From the NCBI GenBank assembly GCA_021827925.1, contig JAKATZ010000001.1:1-51123 (forward strand): a stretch of DNA of 51,123 bases. Reading direction: 5' to 3'. Shown one piece after another: positions 1-8,565 of the stretch. The notes below the pieces were generated by a model. The model was not told the DNA's origin and did not search any database. It worked only from the letters and a program-made list of their open reading frames with translations. Within the stretch, counting starts at the first letter, position 1. Each line of letters starts with the position of its first letter. Position numbers and translations under genes: made by a program. Origin of the DNA: Candidatus Micrarchaeota archaeon. GTDB lineage: Archaea > Micrarchaeota > Micrarchaeia > Micrarchaeales > CABMGC01.

Positions 1-2716
1 ATCTAAAACAGTATAGACCACTTTCATCAAAGTAAAAAGAGCTTTTCTCTGATATGGCCGGAGTTATAATCTTCGGTATTTCAAACTTCTCTTTCGAGAC
101 GGGTTGTTCTATTTCAAACCATTTTAAGTCTTTGCGTTGTTTGAATTGTGCCCTATTTTCTAATACAGGTTTATATTTTAATAGGTGATTTATGGTCTTT
201 GGAATGAGTCTTTCCTCTTTTCCGTTAGGATAAATACAGTATTTTATTGATTTAACCGCAAACGGTTCAATATCTTTTCCCATAACTACCGGTTTCGCTA
301 AACCTTCCTCATAACTGTCCGTATTTTCCACTATAAAGGCTTCATTAAAACCAGTTCTCATACCTATAATGACATCCTTAGCAAATGTTGGGCATAGCGG
401 TTTTCCTGCATCTTTTATCTTTTTCAAGACCTTTGCTTTCTCTTCGGAAACTATCTGCCATTTTTCCTCAGATAACGCATTTTGATTCAAATCTGTAAAT
501 TCTATTCCAAATATCTCATTCCTTTGCTTCTTGATTAACAATAAAACCTCGCTTAGCTCATTTGATTTTATTATCGCCCTGTCAGTTACATTAACTGCAT
601 GAATTGGTTCTGAATATTCCTTGTCCGAATTAAGAACAAAAATTGATGGGTAATTCGTCGCATCCGCAAATAGCTTAGAATCACCAAAGTCTACTATTTG
701 TTCTATCTTAGAATTATCAATAATAAATTTCCTTGTCCCTTTTCCATACCCAGTTTTCATAAATTTGTTGGAAGTGATATATCCAAGCTTTCCTTTATCA
801 TTCAATAGTTTGATCCCTAGCTCTATAAAATAGACGTATAAATCTGCCCTGCCCGTATAGACTTCAGGAAACGCCTTTTCTAATTGCCACTTATTTGAAA
901 CTTCTTCTTGTCTTACATAAGGTGGATTGCCAACCACAAAATCGTATTTCTTCTTTTTTAGTTCTTCAATAGTAACCAAATCCTTGGCCATGTTCTTTCC
1001 AGACCCATCATAAAATTGTGTTATACTTGATTGTTCCTTTGGAAGTTCGAGAGAGTCAGTCCCATACACCTTAAAACGTGGTACTACAAAGGTTCTATTT
1101 GCCTTGTTTGCTTTGAAGTAAAGGTCTACTACTTGGAAAAGCAGATTCATTTCGCTAATGTTTACTGCAAATGGATTTATGTCAAATCCATGTACATGAA
1201 GAGCTACCGCATTCACTATTTCTTCGCATTCTTTTGGTGTAAGCCTATCAAGAACCTCTTGCCATTTTTTATTGTCTAGTGCCTCTTTAGGCGTTGCCTT
1301 CTCAAATTTTACTACACATCTAGCTATTAGTCTTCTAGCTGAGCGCACCAGAAAACCTCCAGACCCACATGCGGGGTCTATCAAATCTTTGTTTTCAATA
1401 GCTTTATTAGGCAGATATTCCACAGCGTCTAATATGTAGTCAATAACTTCATCTGGCGTATAAAACTCGCCAAGAGTTTTTCTTTCTTCTTTTGGTAAGT
1501 ACTTTTCATAAATTTTACCTAGTATATCCCTATCAACTTTAGAAAAATTAAATTGATTGAGAATCCAAAGCACTCGATTTAGAACTCTGTCTAGCTCTCC
1601 ATCTCCACTTTCATACCAATCCAAAGGATTGTTTTTTTCATAGAAATGATTGTATAGATGATTACCCCTATCGTATGAAAAATTAAAAACTATCTGCTTG
1701 AACACGCCGAGATCAGGGTCAGGAAAGGATTCGTCGTGTAGTAGATCACGCAGCTTTTCTATACCACCATTCGATATTATTCTTTTACCTATAAGTCCTT
1801 TATCCTCACATATTCTTATGAAAAGTAGTCTGTTAATAAGTACATAGATTGATTCCTTACAAAATACCTGTTTATTTTCTTCCTCTTTGTCATCTGGTCT
1901 ATTAGAAAGTGCCTTCCATATGTAATACCCAAGAAATGTAGAGTATTTTTTATACTTACCTTCTATTTTCATTTCATATGCAGCTATCCTAGATGCTTCT
2001 TTCTTATCGCCACCATTACTTTTCTTTATCACATCTATCTCATTTTTGGCCTGCTTGTACGCTGCATAATTAGCGTAATAATCATCAAATGAAGAATAAG
2101 TGTATTGTCGTAATATATCATTTGAAATATAGTTAAGTTGGTCTATAAGTTTTTCGAAGCCATTATCTTCAGCTACATCAATTTTAGCATAATACGGATC
2201 AAAAATAGCATATTTTGCTTCGCTCCATATTTGGATTTTTGTTATATTATTCAAGAAAAGGATTTGCTCTACTTCCTGTGTAGAAAGTTTAGCCTCAGCA
2301 AGTTTCTTTGAACTTATTAAACTCTTAAAGTCAATATCAGATTTTAGAATCTTTTCGTCATTTTTAATCTCCCATATTATAAATCTGTAGCCATTAGTAA
2401 GACCTATGAAATGAGTAGAAGAATCAGCATATTTGCCTGCTTGTTTGCGCCATGTTTCTTCATCTAGATTTTCTTTTGGTCTTTTTGTCTCTATTACAAC
2501 AACACGGTTTTTGTTTTCATCAAAAAGAGTTATATCTGTCCTGCTGCGTTCGAAAGTGTAATCCTGCCCGTCATAACCCAAAACCCCCTCTATTAGATAT
2601 TTGGCTAATCTCGGGCTAAAGTCGTGTTCAAGTGAGTCTATATTTATCTCACTATTTATCTTCTTAAAAGCGAGCAAGACTTTGTCTGTAAAACTTATCT
2701 CTGATTTAGAAACCAC
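1..2716 (-). CDS. Fused Type IIG-like restriction endonuclease / N6-adenine DNA methyltransferase (3' end outside window; missing from ORF track)
   Basis: Hand translation from GTG at 2716 gives a PD-(D/E)xK-like N-terminus (RTDITLFD...VIETKRP...QAGKYA), then GEFYTP, motif I DPACGSGGFL (~1350-1381) and motif IV VGNPPY (~917-934), with motifs I and IV checked to be in frame with the start. Confidence 0.9.
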   Translation of the reverse strand, partial: MVSKSEISFTDKVLLAFKKINSEINIDSLEHDFSPRLAKYLIEGVLGYDGQDYTFERSRTDITLFDENKNRVVVIETKRPKENLDEETWRKQAGKYADSSTHFIGLTNGYRFIIWEIKNDEKILKSDIDFKSLISSKKLAEAKLSTQEVEQILFLNNITKIQIWSEAKYAIFDPYYAKIDVAEDNGFEKLIDQLNYISNDILRQYTYSSFDDYYANYAAYKQAKNEIDVIKKSNGGDKKEASRIAAYEMKIEGKYKKYSTFLGYYIWKALSNRPDDKEEENKQVFCKESIYVLINRLLFIRICEDKGLIGKRIISNGGIEKLRDLLHDESFPDPDLGVFKQIVFNFSYDRGNHLYNHFYEKNNPLDWYESGDGELDRVLNRVLWILNQFNFSKVDRDILGKIYEKYLPKEERKTLGEFYTPDEVIDYILDAVEYLPNKAIENKDLIDPACGSGGFLVRSARRLIARCVVKFEKATPKEALDNKKWQEVLDRLTPKECEEIVNAVALHVHGFDINPFAVNISEMNLLFQVVDLYFKANKANRTFVVPRFKVYGTDSLELPKEQSSITQFYDGSGKNMAKDLVTIEELKKKKYDFVVGNPPYVRQEEVSNKWQLEKAFPEVYTGRADLYVYFIELGIKLLNDKGKLGYITSNKFMKTGYGKGTRKFIIDNSKIEQIVDFGDSKLFADATNYPSIFVLNSDKEYSEPIHAVNVTDRAIIKSNELSEVLLLIKKQRNEIFGIEFTDLNQNALSEEKWQIVSEEKAKVLKKIKDAGKPLCPTFAKDVIIGMRTGFNEAFIVENTDSYEEGLAKPVVMGKDIEPFAVKSIKYCIYPNGKEERLIPKTINHLLKYKPVLENRAQFKQRKDLKWFEIEQPVSKEKFEIPKIITPAISEKSSFYFDESGLYCFR

Positions 2717-2766
2717 TCTAACTACCTACCAATATATACTGCCTTTCAAACTTAAATCGCTTCCTA

Positions 2767-3732
2767 TTAGTCCCTGCCTTTCCCAGATAATAGTGCTAGT
2801 AGCACTAATCCAACCACACCGATACCTACCGCGGTTGCTAGGCCATCGTCATTATTACGTTTTTGAATATTCACTACCGCGCTTTTAATCAATTCCGCAG
2901 TTACATTTGGCGACTCTGCCTTCGAAAATTCAATCCATTCGTAATCGGTTTTCAGTTTTATTGATTTATCTTTGAGCAAAATAGTGGGCTTCTTAATCTG
3001 GATCGCATAATCTACTTCTTTTTTTACCCATTCGGAGTTTACTCCGTCCTCAGTTAATAACGCTATCAGCATTCTAGATTGGCGTATCATTTGTTGAAAT
3101 TTCTCATCAAGTCTTGCTCCTGGTTCAAATTTGTCCTCCCCTATCATAATCCCAAATCCTTCCTTGTCTAACATGGCCTCCAGTTGCCTTACTAATATCA
3201 TATCTTTGGTACTGTGCGAAAAGAAAATATTGATACCAGTAAGACTACGCTTAACTTCTAATATTACGGGGTTTGCCCATTCAGTTAGCACATTTTGAAA
3301 TTGTGCTGCGGGCAGATACTGTCCTTCAATCCCAAATCTAAACTCGTATTCATTTAACGCCAAATCATTTGGTATCGGTACTGAGATAGAAAACCGTCTC
3401 TGCATCCCACTCTTAATAAGGTCTTTTACTTCTTGCGCATGCCATTTGTCTGGCAACCATTCTGGTTGAATCCCTATACGCGTTAGGTAAATGTCCAAAG
3501 GAGAGGTATTTCTAAACACGAAATCTACCGGGACAACCTCACCAGGCAAATAACGTCTATTATTAAACGTCATATTTTCTACCGACCAATTGGGCTTTAC
3601 TGTGTTGGTAGTATGTGTTCTGATCTCATTGTGTATTTTGTATACCGTGCTTTTTTTATAGCCTTGTTGTATCAATTGCTGTGGCATAATACCTTTAAGC
3701 AGGTTGCTCCTTATGTCTTCTTCAAGTGCCAT
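2767..3732 (-). CDS. TIR-domain protein with N-terminal HTH-like and Ig-like regions and a C-terminal TM helix
   Basis: TIR motifs IFFSHSTKD and SEWVKKEVDYA (catalytic Glu position present). Beta-rich middle region (FVFRNTS...IGIQPEW...YEFRFGIE) and hydrophobic tail AVGIGVVGLVLLALL. Confidence 0.85.
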   Translation of the reverse strand: MALEEDIRSNLLKGIMPQQLIQQGYKKSTVYKIHNEIRTHTTNTVKPNWSVENMTFNNRRYLPGEVVPVDFVFRNTSPLDIYLTRIGIQPEWLPDKWHAQEVKDLIKSGMQRRFSISVPIPNDLALNEYEFRFGIEGQYLPAAQFQNVLTEWANPVILEVKRSLTGINIFFSHSTKDMILVRQLEAMLDKEGFGIMIGEDKFEPGARLDEKFQQMIRQSRMLIALLTEDGVNSEWVKKEVDYAIQIKKPTILLKDKSIKLKTDYEWIEFSKAESPNVTAELIKSAVVNIQKRNNDDGLATAVGIGVVGLVLLALLSGKGRD

Positions 3733-3754
3733 GAAATCACTGGTTTAATTAGGC

Positions 3755-3805
3755 TAATATAGATATTTAAGCTTTATGGATTTAATAGTAGACTTTAGTA
3801 GACTA
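3755..3805 (-). promoter_or_regulatory. Promoter of the TIR gene with tandem direct repeats
   Basis: Minus-strand AAAGCTTAAATA (BRE-TATA-like) about 30 nt above the ATG, preceded by AGTCTACTA x2 at 10-bp spacing. Confidence 0.5.
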
Positions 3806-3826
3806 TAACCTGTCCAATGGTAGGTT

Positions 3827-4240
3827 TTACCAATTGTATCCGCTTGAATTTTGCTTTTCTTTGAAATACGCTCCTAATACGATGCCAAGCCCAGCCGCTA
3901 TTATATAAGCTACTATTTCGGCTACTGCATCTGGCGCAATAGCTCCTATGGCTTGTCCAAAAAGCCATAAGCTAGCAATCATCCCTAACACTGTTATGAA
4001 GGCCTCAAAAGATGCGACCAAGCCTTTAACAAAATTGATTAGTAGCGAGGCTATGAATACGACAACAACGTATTCGATAATAAGGCTTGCTGATTGCGTT
4101 CCTTCTGGCAAGCCATTGAAAGCATTTATGAATGCGAAAGCCATTAAAGATATGATCGCAGCTAGAAGTATCTCCACCATACCTTCTACGAATATGCCGA
4201 TGTATTTGGCTAGGGCTTTTTCTTCTGCGGACTGTGTCAT
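3827..4240 (-). CDS. Small 4-TM membrane protein of unknown function (likely start MTQSAEE at 4240)
   Basis: Four hydrophobic segments. TATA-like GATAAATA about 25 nt upstream of the ATG at 4240. Confidence 0.75.
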   Translation of the reverse strand: MTQSAEEKALAKYIGIFVEGMVEILLAAIISLMAFAFINAFNGLPEGTQSASLIIEYVVVVFIASLLINFVKGLVASFEAFITVLGMIASLWLFGQAIGAIAPDAVAEIVAYIIAAGLGIVLGAYFKEKQNSSGYNW

Positions 4241-4416
4241 AGTAACCGTTTGTCCTTTTAGATATTTATCTTTTATCTCAAACACGCCAAAAATTGTTTT
4301 CTCAAGGAAACCTGTAATCCTTAAAACCACCACTCTATCGCTAATCCTTTTTGAGGATTAGCTCACGAGGGGGTCGTCCCAACGGACTTTAATCTGCCAC
4401 CAGAACCGAAACTAGA

Positions 4417-4561
4417 GCCGATTTTGTGGGGGGTCAAAATCGGCCGCCTTTTGTAGACAAAAGACGTAGTTTCTACGCCATCCATGTCCTACAAAGTAGC
4501 CGCAGCAGCCGTAGCCCGCCTAACACCACCGAAGGTGGTTCAGGAGGCGGGCGGAGGCTGC
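4417..4561. repeat. Two inverted-repeat hairpins in non-coding element DNA
   Basis: Perfect 10-bp stem GCCGATTTTG/CAAAATCGGC (4417-4444). Nested stem GCAGCC..GCCCGCCT..ACCACC-GAA-GGTGGT..AGGCGGGC..GGCTGC (4505-4561). Confidence 0.85.
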
Positions 4562-4573
4562 AAGGCGGGAGAG

Positions 4574-4719
4574 TCTCTACACGACTCTCTACATGGGCGG
4601 TCGTAATAGTGATGTGCAGTCATGTAGAGAGAAAATAATCCTATTTTGAAGGCTTACGAGGGAGATTTTCTCTACATGGAATGGCTTGGGCATGTAGAGA
4701 AACCCAAGTCATGTAGAGA
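4574..4719. repeat. Array of five CATGTAGAGA 10-mers in both orientations
   Basis: TCTCTACATG at 4586 and 4669; CATGTAGAGA at 4621, 4691 and 4710; partial copy at 4574. Confidence 0.9.
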
Positions 4720-4725
4720 AAGCTG

Positions 4726-5625
4726 CTAGAAGGGCTTGGAAAGCCTTGCTTTCAGGCCAGAAGCCCGCTCAACCGAAAAGGCTTCGTCTACGGCCTTGTA
4801 AAGCTCGTCCTTTCTCGTGTTTATGTAAGTCATTGTGGTGCTTGGATCGCTGTGTCGTGCGAACCTGCTGGAAAGCACCACATTCCCGTTGCTCTGGCGT
4901 GCGAAGCTGGTTATTGCGTAGTGCCTCAGGCTGTGCGTAGTCAACCTATGGAGCCTCCTAGGCGTCCTTCCGTATGACTCCTCGCTCTGGTCGTAGACTT
5001 CGTCCAGCCTTGCCGCTTGGACATACTCCCTGAACACCTTACGCACATAGTTCTTCTCTAGGAACGGTTCGCCTCTTAGGCTATGCCCAAGTTCCGCGAA
5101 GAACATGAACCCGCCAGCTTGCGTGATCGCTTTTTCGTTCCTGTTTATGAACTCGACAGTTTGCCGAAAAAGTGGCACTGGAATAAGCATTGTGTCTATA
5201 ACGTGAGCTTTTTCAGTTTTCACGGTTAGCTCACGTGTCTCGAACTTGATGTCTTTGACATTGACTTTGACAGCTTCGCCTATCCTGAGTCCAAGCTGCG
5301 CTTGATACCCAAACAATAGGCGAAACTTGTCGTTTTCTATAACTTTGAAAAAGGCCTGCACCTCCTGTTCTGTGAAGCCCTTATTCAGGCTTCCATACTT
5401 TGGAGGCGCATTGCCTCTGAACCTTTTCTTCTTGATGTGGTAGATTACGGACAGGACATCCTTAATCTCATGGAAAGTTAGACTAGGAAGCACTTCTTTG
5501 ATGTGCTTCTTAAGTTTTTCGGGTTCGGTCTCCGTGATGGAATCGAACCGTGTGGGGCTTAATTCCTTTTCCTTGGCCAGTGAACTGAACCCGAGTTTGT
5601 CGTCGAAAATTTGATTTGCTCCCAT
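4726..5625 (-). CDS. int: Tyrosine recombinase / integrase
   Basis: Catalytic set: GLRIGEA (R), KTEK (K), HSLRH (HxxR), ARHS...TTMTY (H, Y). Confidence 0.95.
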   Translation of the reverse strand: MGANQIFDDKLGFSSLAKEKELSPTRFDSITETEPEKLKKHIKEVLPSLTFHEIKDVLSVIYHIKKKRFRGNAPPKYGSLNKGFTEQEVQAFFKVIENDKFRLLFGYQAQLGLRIGEAVKVNVKDIKFETRELTVKTEKAHVIDTMLIPVPLFRQTVEFINRNEKAITQAGGFMFFAELGHSLRGEPFLEKNYVRKVFREYVQAARLDEVYDQSEESYGRTPRRLHRLTTHSLRHYAITSFARQSNGNVVLSSRFARHSDPSTTMTYINTRKDELYKAVDEAFSVERASGLKARLSKPF

Positions 5626-5657
5626 CGGGATTTGAACCCGAGTTGCGGGGTTGAAAG
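5617..5657 (-). other. tRNA-Glu(TTC) 3' half; att-like site
   Basis: Minus strand CTTTCAA-CCCCG-CAAC-TCGGG-TTCAAAT-CCCGA-TGGGAGC-A gives anticodon loop, T-arm and acceptor 3' strand. No 5' half is adjacent and none was found in the window. Confidence 0.9.
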
Positions 5658-5679
5658 AGAAAAAGATGCAGGATTTCGA

Positions 5680-5826
5680 TCAGACAGGCTTGAACTTCTC
5701 GCCTATCGCCGCTAATAGCTTGCCCGCCTCGAACGCATTGCTCTTTCCGAACTTTCCCTGAAAGAACAGTTTGTCTGACGCGTTAACATGATCCTTCTTT
5801 TTCGCAATTTTCTTACTTTTTGCCAT
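5680..5826 (-). CDS. Small basic 48-aa protein (MAKSKKIAKKKDH...EKFKPV), same frame as the integrase
   Basis: Hand translation. GGTGA SD just upstream of the ATG and TTTAAATA box at 5859-5866. Confidence 0.55.
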   Translation of the reverse strand: MAKSKKIAKKKDHVNASDKLFFQGKFGKSNAFEAGKLLAAIGEKFKPV

Positions 5827-5873
5827 GGAGTCACCAATCCATCCCAAGGAAGTGCAAGTATTTAAAGTTGACT

Positions 5874-5903
5874 TCTGGTATCAATACATCTGGTATCAAT
5901 ACA
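5874..5903 (+). repeat. 15-bp tandem duplication TCTGGTATCAATACA x2 between TATA box and mat start
   Basis: Exact copies at 5874-5888 and 5889-5903. Confidence 0.9.
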
Positions 5904-7095
5904 TGCCGTTGATAACGGTAAGGAGCAGTGCGGTACCTTCAGGAGACAGGCTGGAAACAGAGTTTGCTGAACGTAAGGGGATCTGGCACCCAGACTCCAT
6001 TGCAGACGGGATTGCGGAGGAAGTGAGCAGGAGCTTGTGCAGAGAATATCTTGAGATTTCAGGGACTGTACTTCACCACAATGTAGACAAAGGGCTCATA
6101 ATCGGAGGCGACTCGGAAGTGAGGTTTGGCGGAGGGAGGATAACGCGCAGGATAGAAGCCATAATAGCAGGAAGGGCATCTTCGGCGTACGGGAAGGCAG
6201 AAATAGATATTAAGGGGACAGCTTCTGATGCGGCAAGGAGGCATCTCAATCGCGTATCGCGCTTCCTTGACAGTGAAAGGGAGGCAAAGATAACGACAAA
6301 AATTGGCAGGGGGAGCGCAGAGCTGAAGAGCCTGTTCGCCGAGAGGGGGGTCCCTCTTGCAAACGATACCGCGTTTGGATTGGGATTCGCGCCGATGAGT
6401 ACATTGGAAGGACTTGTACTTTCTTCTGAAAAATATCTTAATTCGCGCAGACATAAGAGAAGATTTCCAGCGGTGGGGGAGGATGTGAAGGTGATGGGAT
6501 GGCGCGATGGAGGGAAACTCTCCCTTATGGTTTCCATGGCTTTTGTATCGGAATTCATAGAAAGCAGCAACGCGTACGTCGAATACAAGGAGAGGGTCGG
6601 CCGAGATCTGGAGAGGTTTGCCTGGGACAAATCAGGAAAAGAGGTTAGGATAGGGATAAACGGCGGAGACGACGTTGGGAAGGGGCGGATTTACATGACG
6701 AAGACGGGTTTGAGCTGCGAATCAGGGGATGACGGACAGGTGGGAAGGGGGAACAGAGTGAACGGCCTCATAACGCCGCTCAGGTGGATGAGCCTTGAAG
6801 CGGCAGCGGGAAAAAATCCGGTCAGCCACATCGGAAAATTGTACAATGTGCTTGCCATGAAGGTATCGGAAGACGCTGTGAAGGAGTATCCGGAGATAGG
6901 TGATTGCAGGACAGAGATACTTGCCCAGATAGGGGACAGGATTGATAGACCAAGGAGCTTTACAATGGAGACAGGATGCAGCAGGAAGGAAGGGCGGCGG
7001 TTGGAGGCGAAGCTGCAGGTATCGGAGAGTGGCATCTTGAAAGAATGCGAATGCTTTCTGAAGATATTGTGAAGGGCAGATATGCCCTTTTTTAG
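5903..7095 (+). CDS. mat: Archaeal-type S-adenosylmethionine synthetase (apparent 1-nt frameshift near 7020)
   Basis: [49 protein letters not shown] and [17 protein letters not shown] motifs. The expected C-terminus ([24 protein letters not shown]) lies in another frame at 7021-7095. Confidence 0.93.
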
Positions 7096-7104
7096 TTGGC
7101 ATGC

Positions 7105-7780
7105 ATGGACAGGAGGATAATGAACAGGGCACTGCAGGTGTACGGCGCCTTGCTTCTGGAGATGGTGCTGTTTTTCATAGGCGCAGGTACACTAGAAGTA
7201 CTGAGGGGATGGTTGTACTTCGGAATGTACTTCGCGTATGTAGTAGTGAATTCGGCGATACTCCTGAAGCGTGCTCCGGACTTGATAAGGGCGAGGAGTG
7301 AACTGAAAAAAGAAGAGGCGTGGGACAGGTACATAATCGTCGCGTACACGGCGCTGTCCATGTTTCTGCTCCCGTACTTGGCAGGCTTGATGCAGGAAGG
7401 CTTCTTCCGGAATTTTCAGCGGAGATGATAATCATTGGGTGATGGTATTCGTTTCAGGCGGAGCGCTCGTGACTTGGTCAATGCTCGTGAATAGGTATTT
7501 TGAGGGTTCTGCCAGGATACAGAAGGAAAAAGGGCAGACAGTCATCTCAGCAGGGCCTTATGCGCTGATAAGGCACCCGGGATACCTTGGCATGCTGCTG
7601 TTTCTGACAAGCATGGTTTTGATATTGGGTTCCGCTTATGCGGTAATCCCGGCATTCGCGCTGATTGCAGTCATGGTTGTGCGCACGGACCTTGAAGACA
7701 TAATGCTAAGGAAAAAACTGAGAGGCTACCTGCGCTACTCCAGAAGGGTGAGGTACAGGCTCATACCGCACGTGTGGTAG
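7105..7780 (+). CDS. Isoprenylcysteine carboxyl methyltransferase (ICMT/PEMT) family membrane protein, split by two apparent frameshifts (~7389, ~7439)
   Basis: C-terminal [17 protein letters not shown]...ED..L...L.GY..Y...VRYRLIP.VW. Bridging frame 7389-7439 reads [17 protein letters not shown]. Confidence 0.85.
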
Positions 7781-7785
7781 GAGCT

Positions 7786-8565
7786 TCAATACTTTATGCA
7801 CACGTACAAGCCGTATCCAGTATACTTTGGCATCATCGACCATTTCCTTAAGACGTCAGGAGAAAGATACTCTTTCCTGAATTGGGAATTGCCAAGAAGC
7901 GCGAGACTGTTCCTTATGAGCCCCGCCAGTCCGTACACCTTGATATGGCTTGAGAAATCGGCAAACATGTTGAGCCCGAGAGCCTTTGAGGTAACCTTTC
8001 GGAATCCCGCCCTGAAGAAGAGGGATTTCCAGCCCATGCTCGTGAGTAGCGTAATGTCAATTCCGAGGGACCTCCGGAAATAATTACGAAGGCTTGGCGG
8101 CGGAAGGCGCAGGTACGTGACCTCGTTGTCTAGGAATGCGCCTCCGTGCTTTAAAACGCGGAATGCTTCTGCCGAGGCTGCGCTTGCATCGCACAAAGAC
8201 AGGACGGATTCGGCTATGACAATATCGAAGCTTTCTGATCCCAGGGGAAGCCGCTCTGCATTTGCAGTCATGAACCGTATTTTTCCGCGTAGGCCTGCAC
8301 GAGCCGCGCGTTCCCGCGCCTTCTTTAGGAAAACTTCGCTCTTGTCGATTGCAGTCACATCGGCCCCGTACTTCTTTGCTAGCAGGCATGCAGTGTATCC
8401 GGTGCCGCAGCCTATTTCCAGAATGACAGAACCGTGCTTTATCGGGTAAAGACCAAGGAGCTTTGAAGTAGCATCAACCCCGCCGAAGTGTCTTGTTGCT
8501 CCAAAGACTTCGTAAACCCGTATGGGATTCATTCTTACGGGAGTAGATTTGCCGCTTGGCATCAT
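7786..8565 (-). CDS. Class I SAM-dependent methyltransferase
   Basis: ILEIGCGTG motif I, NAERLPL..ESFDIV, RVLKHGG. Confidence 0.9.
   Translation of the reverse strand: MMPSGKSTPVRMNPIRVYEVFGATRHFGGVDATSKLLGLYPIKHGSVILEIGCGTGYTACLLAKKYGADVTAIDKSEVFLKKARERAARAGLRGKIRFMTANAERLPLGSESFDIVIAESVLSLCDASAASAEAFRVLKHGGAFLDNEVTYLRLPPPSLRNYFRRSLGIDITLLTSMGWKSLFFRAGFRKVTSKALGLNMFADFSSHIKVYGLAGLIRNSLALLGNSQFRKEYLSPDVLRKWSMMPKYTGYGLYVCIKY

Larger units (their letters stand above)
1..5657. mobile_element. Right end of an integrative element / defence island (left end outside window)
   Basis: Tyrosine integrase next to a tRNA-Glu 3'-half (att-like) sequence. Cargo in 1-4300 is visibly AT-rich versus core genes and includes RM and TIR genes. 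Confidence 0.8.

Noticed and set aside
1031..2888. Plus-strand ORFs 1031-1279 and 2601-2888
   Set aside because: Shadow ORFs antisense to the RM and TIR genes.
4241..4333. Longer N-terminus of the 4-TM ORF given in the track
   Set aside because: A TATA-like box sits about 25 nt above the ATG at 4240, so the extension overlaps the likely promoter.
4426..4638. 70-aa plus-strand ORF
   Set aside because: Runs through the hairpin/repeat block; low-complexity product with no motif.
4574..4719. CRISPR array interpretation of the 10-mer repeats
   Set aside because: Repeats are too short, mixed in orientation and irregularly spaced, and no cas genes are present.
5617..5657. Complete or intron-containing tRNA-Glu gene
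   Set aside because: No D-arm or 5' acceptor strand upstream and no BHB partner found in the window.
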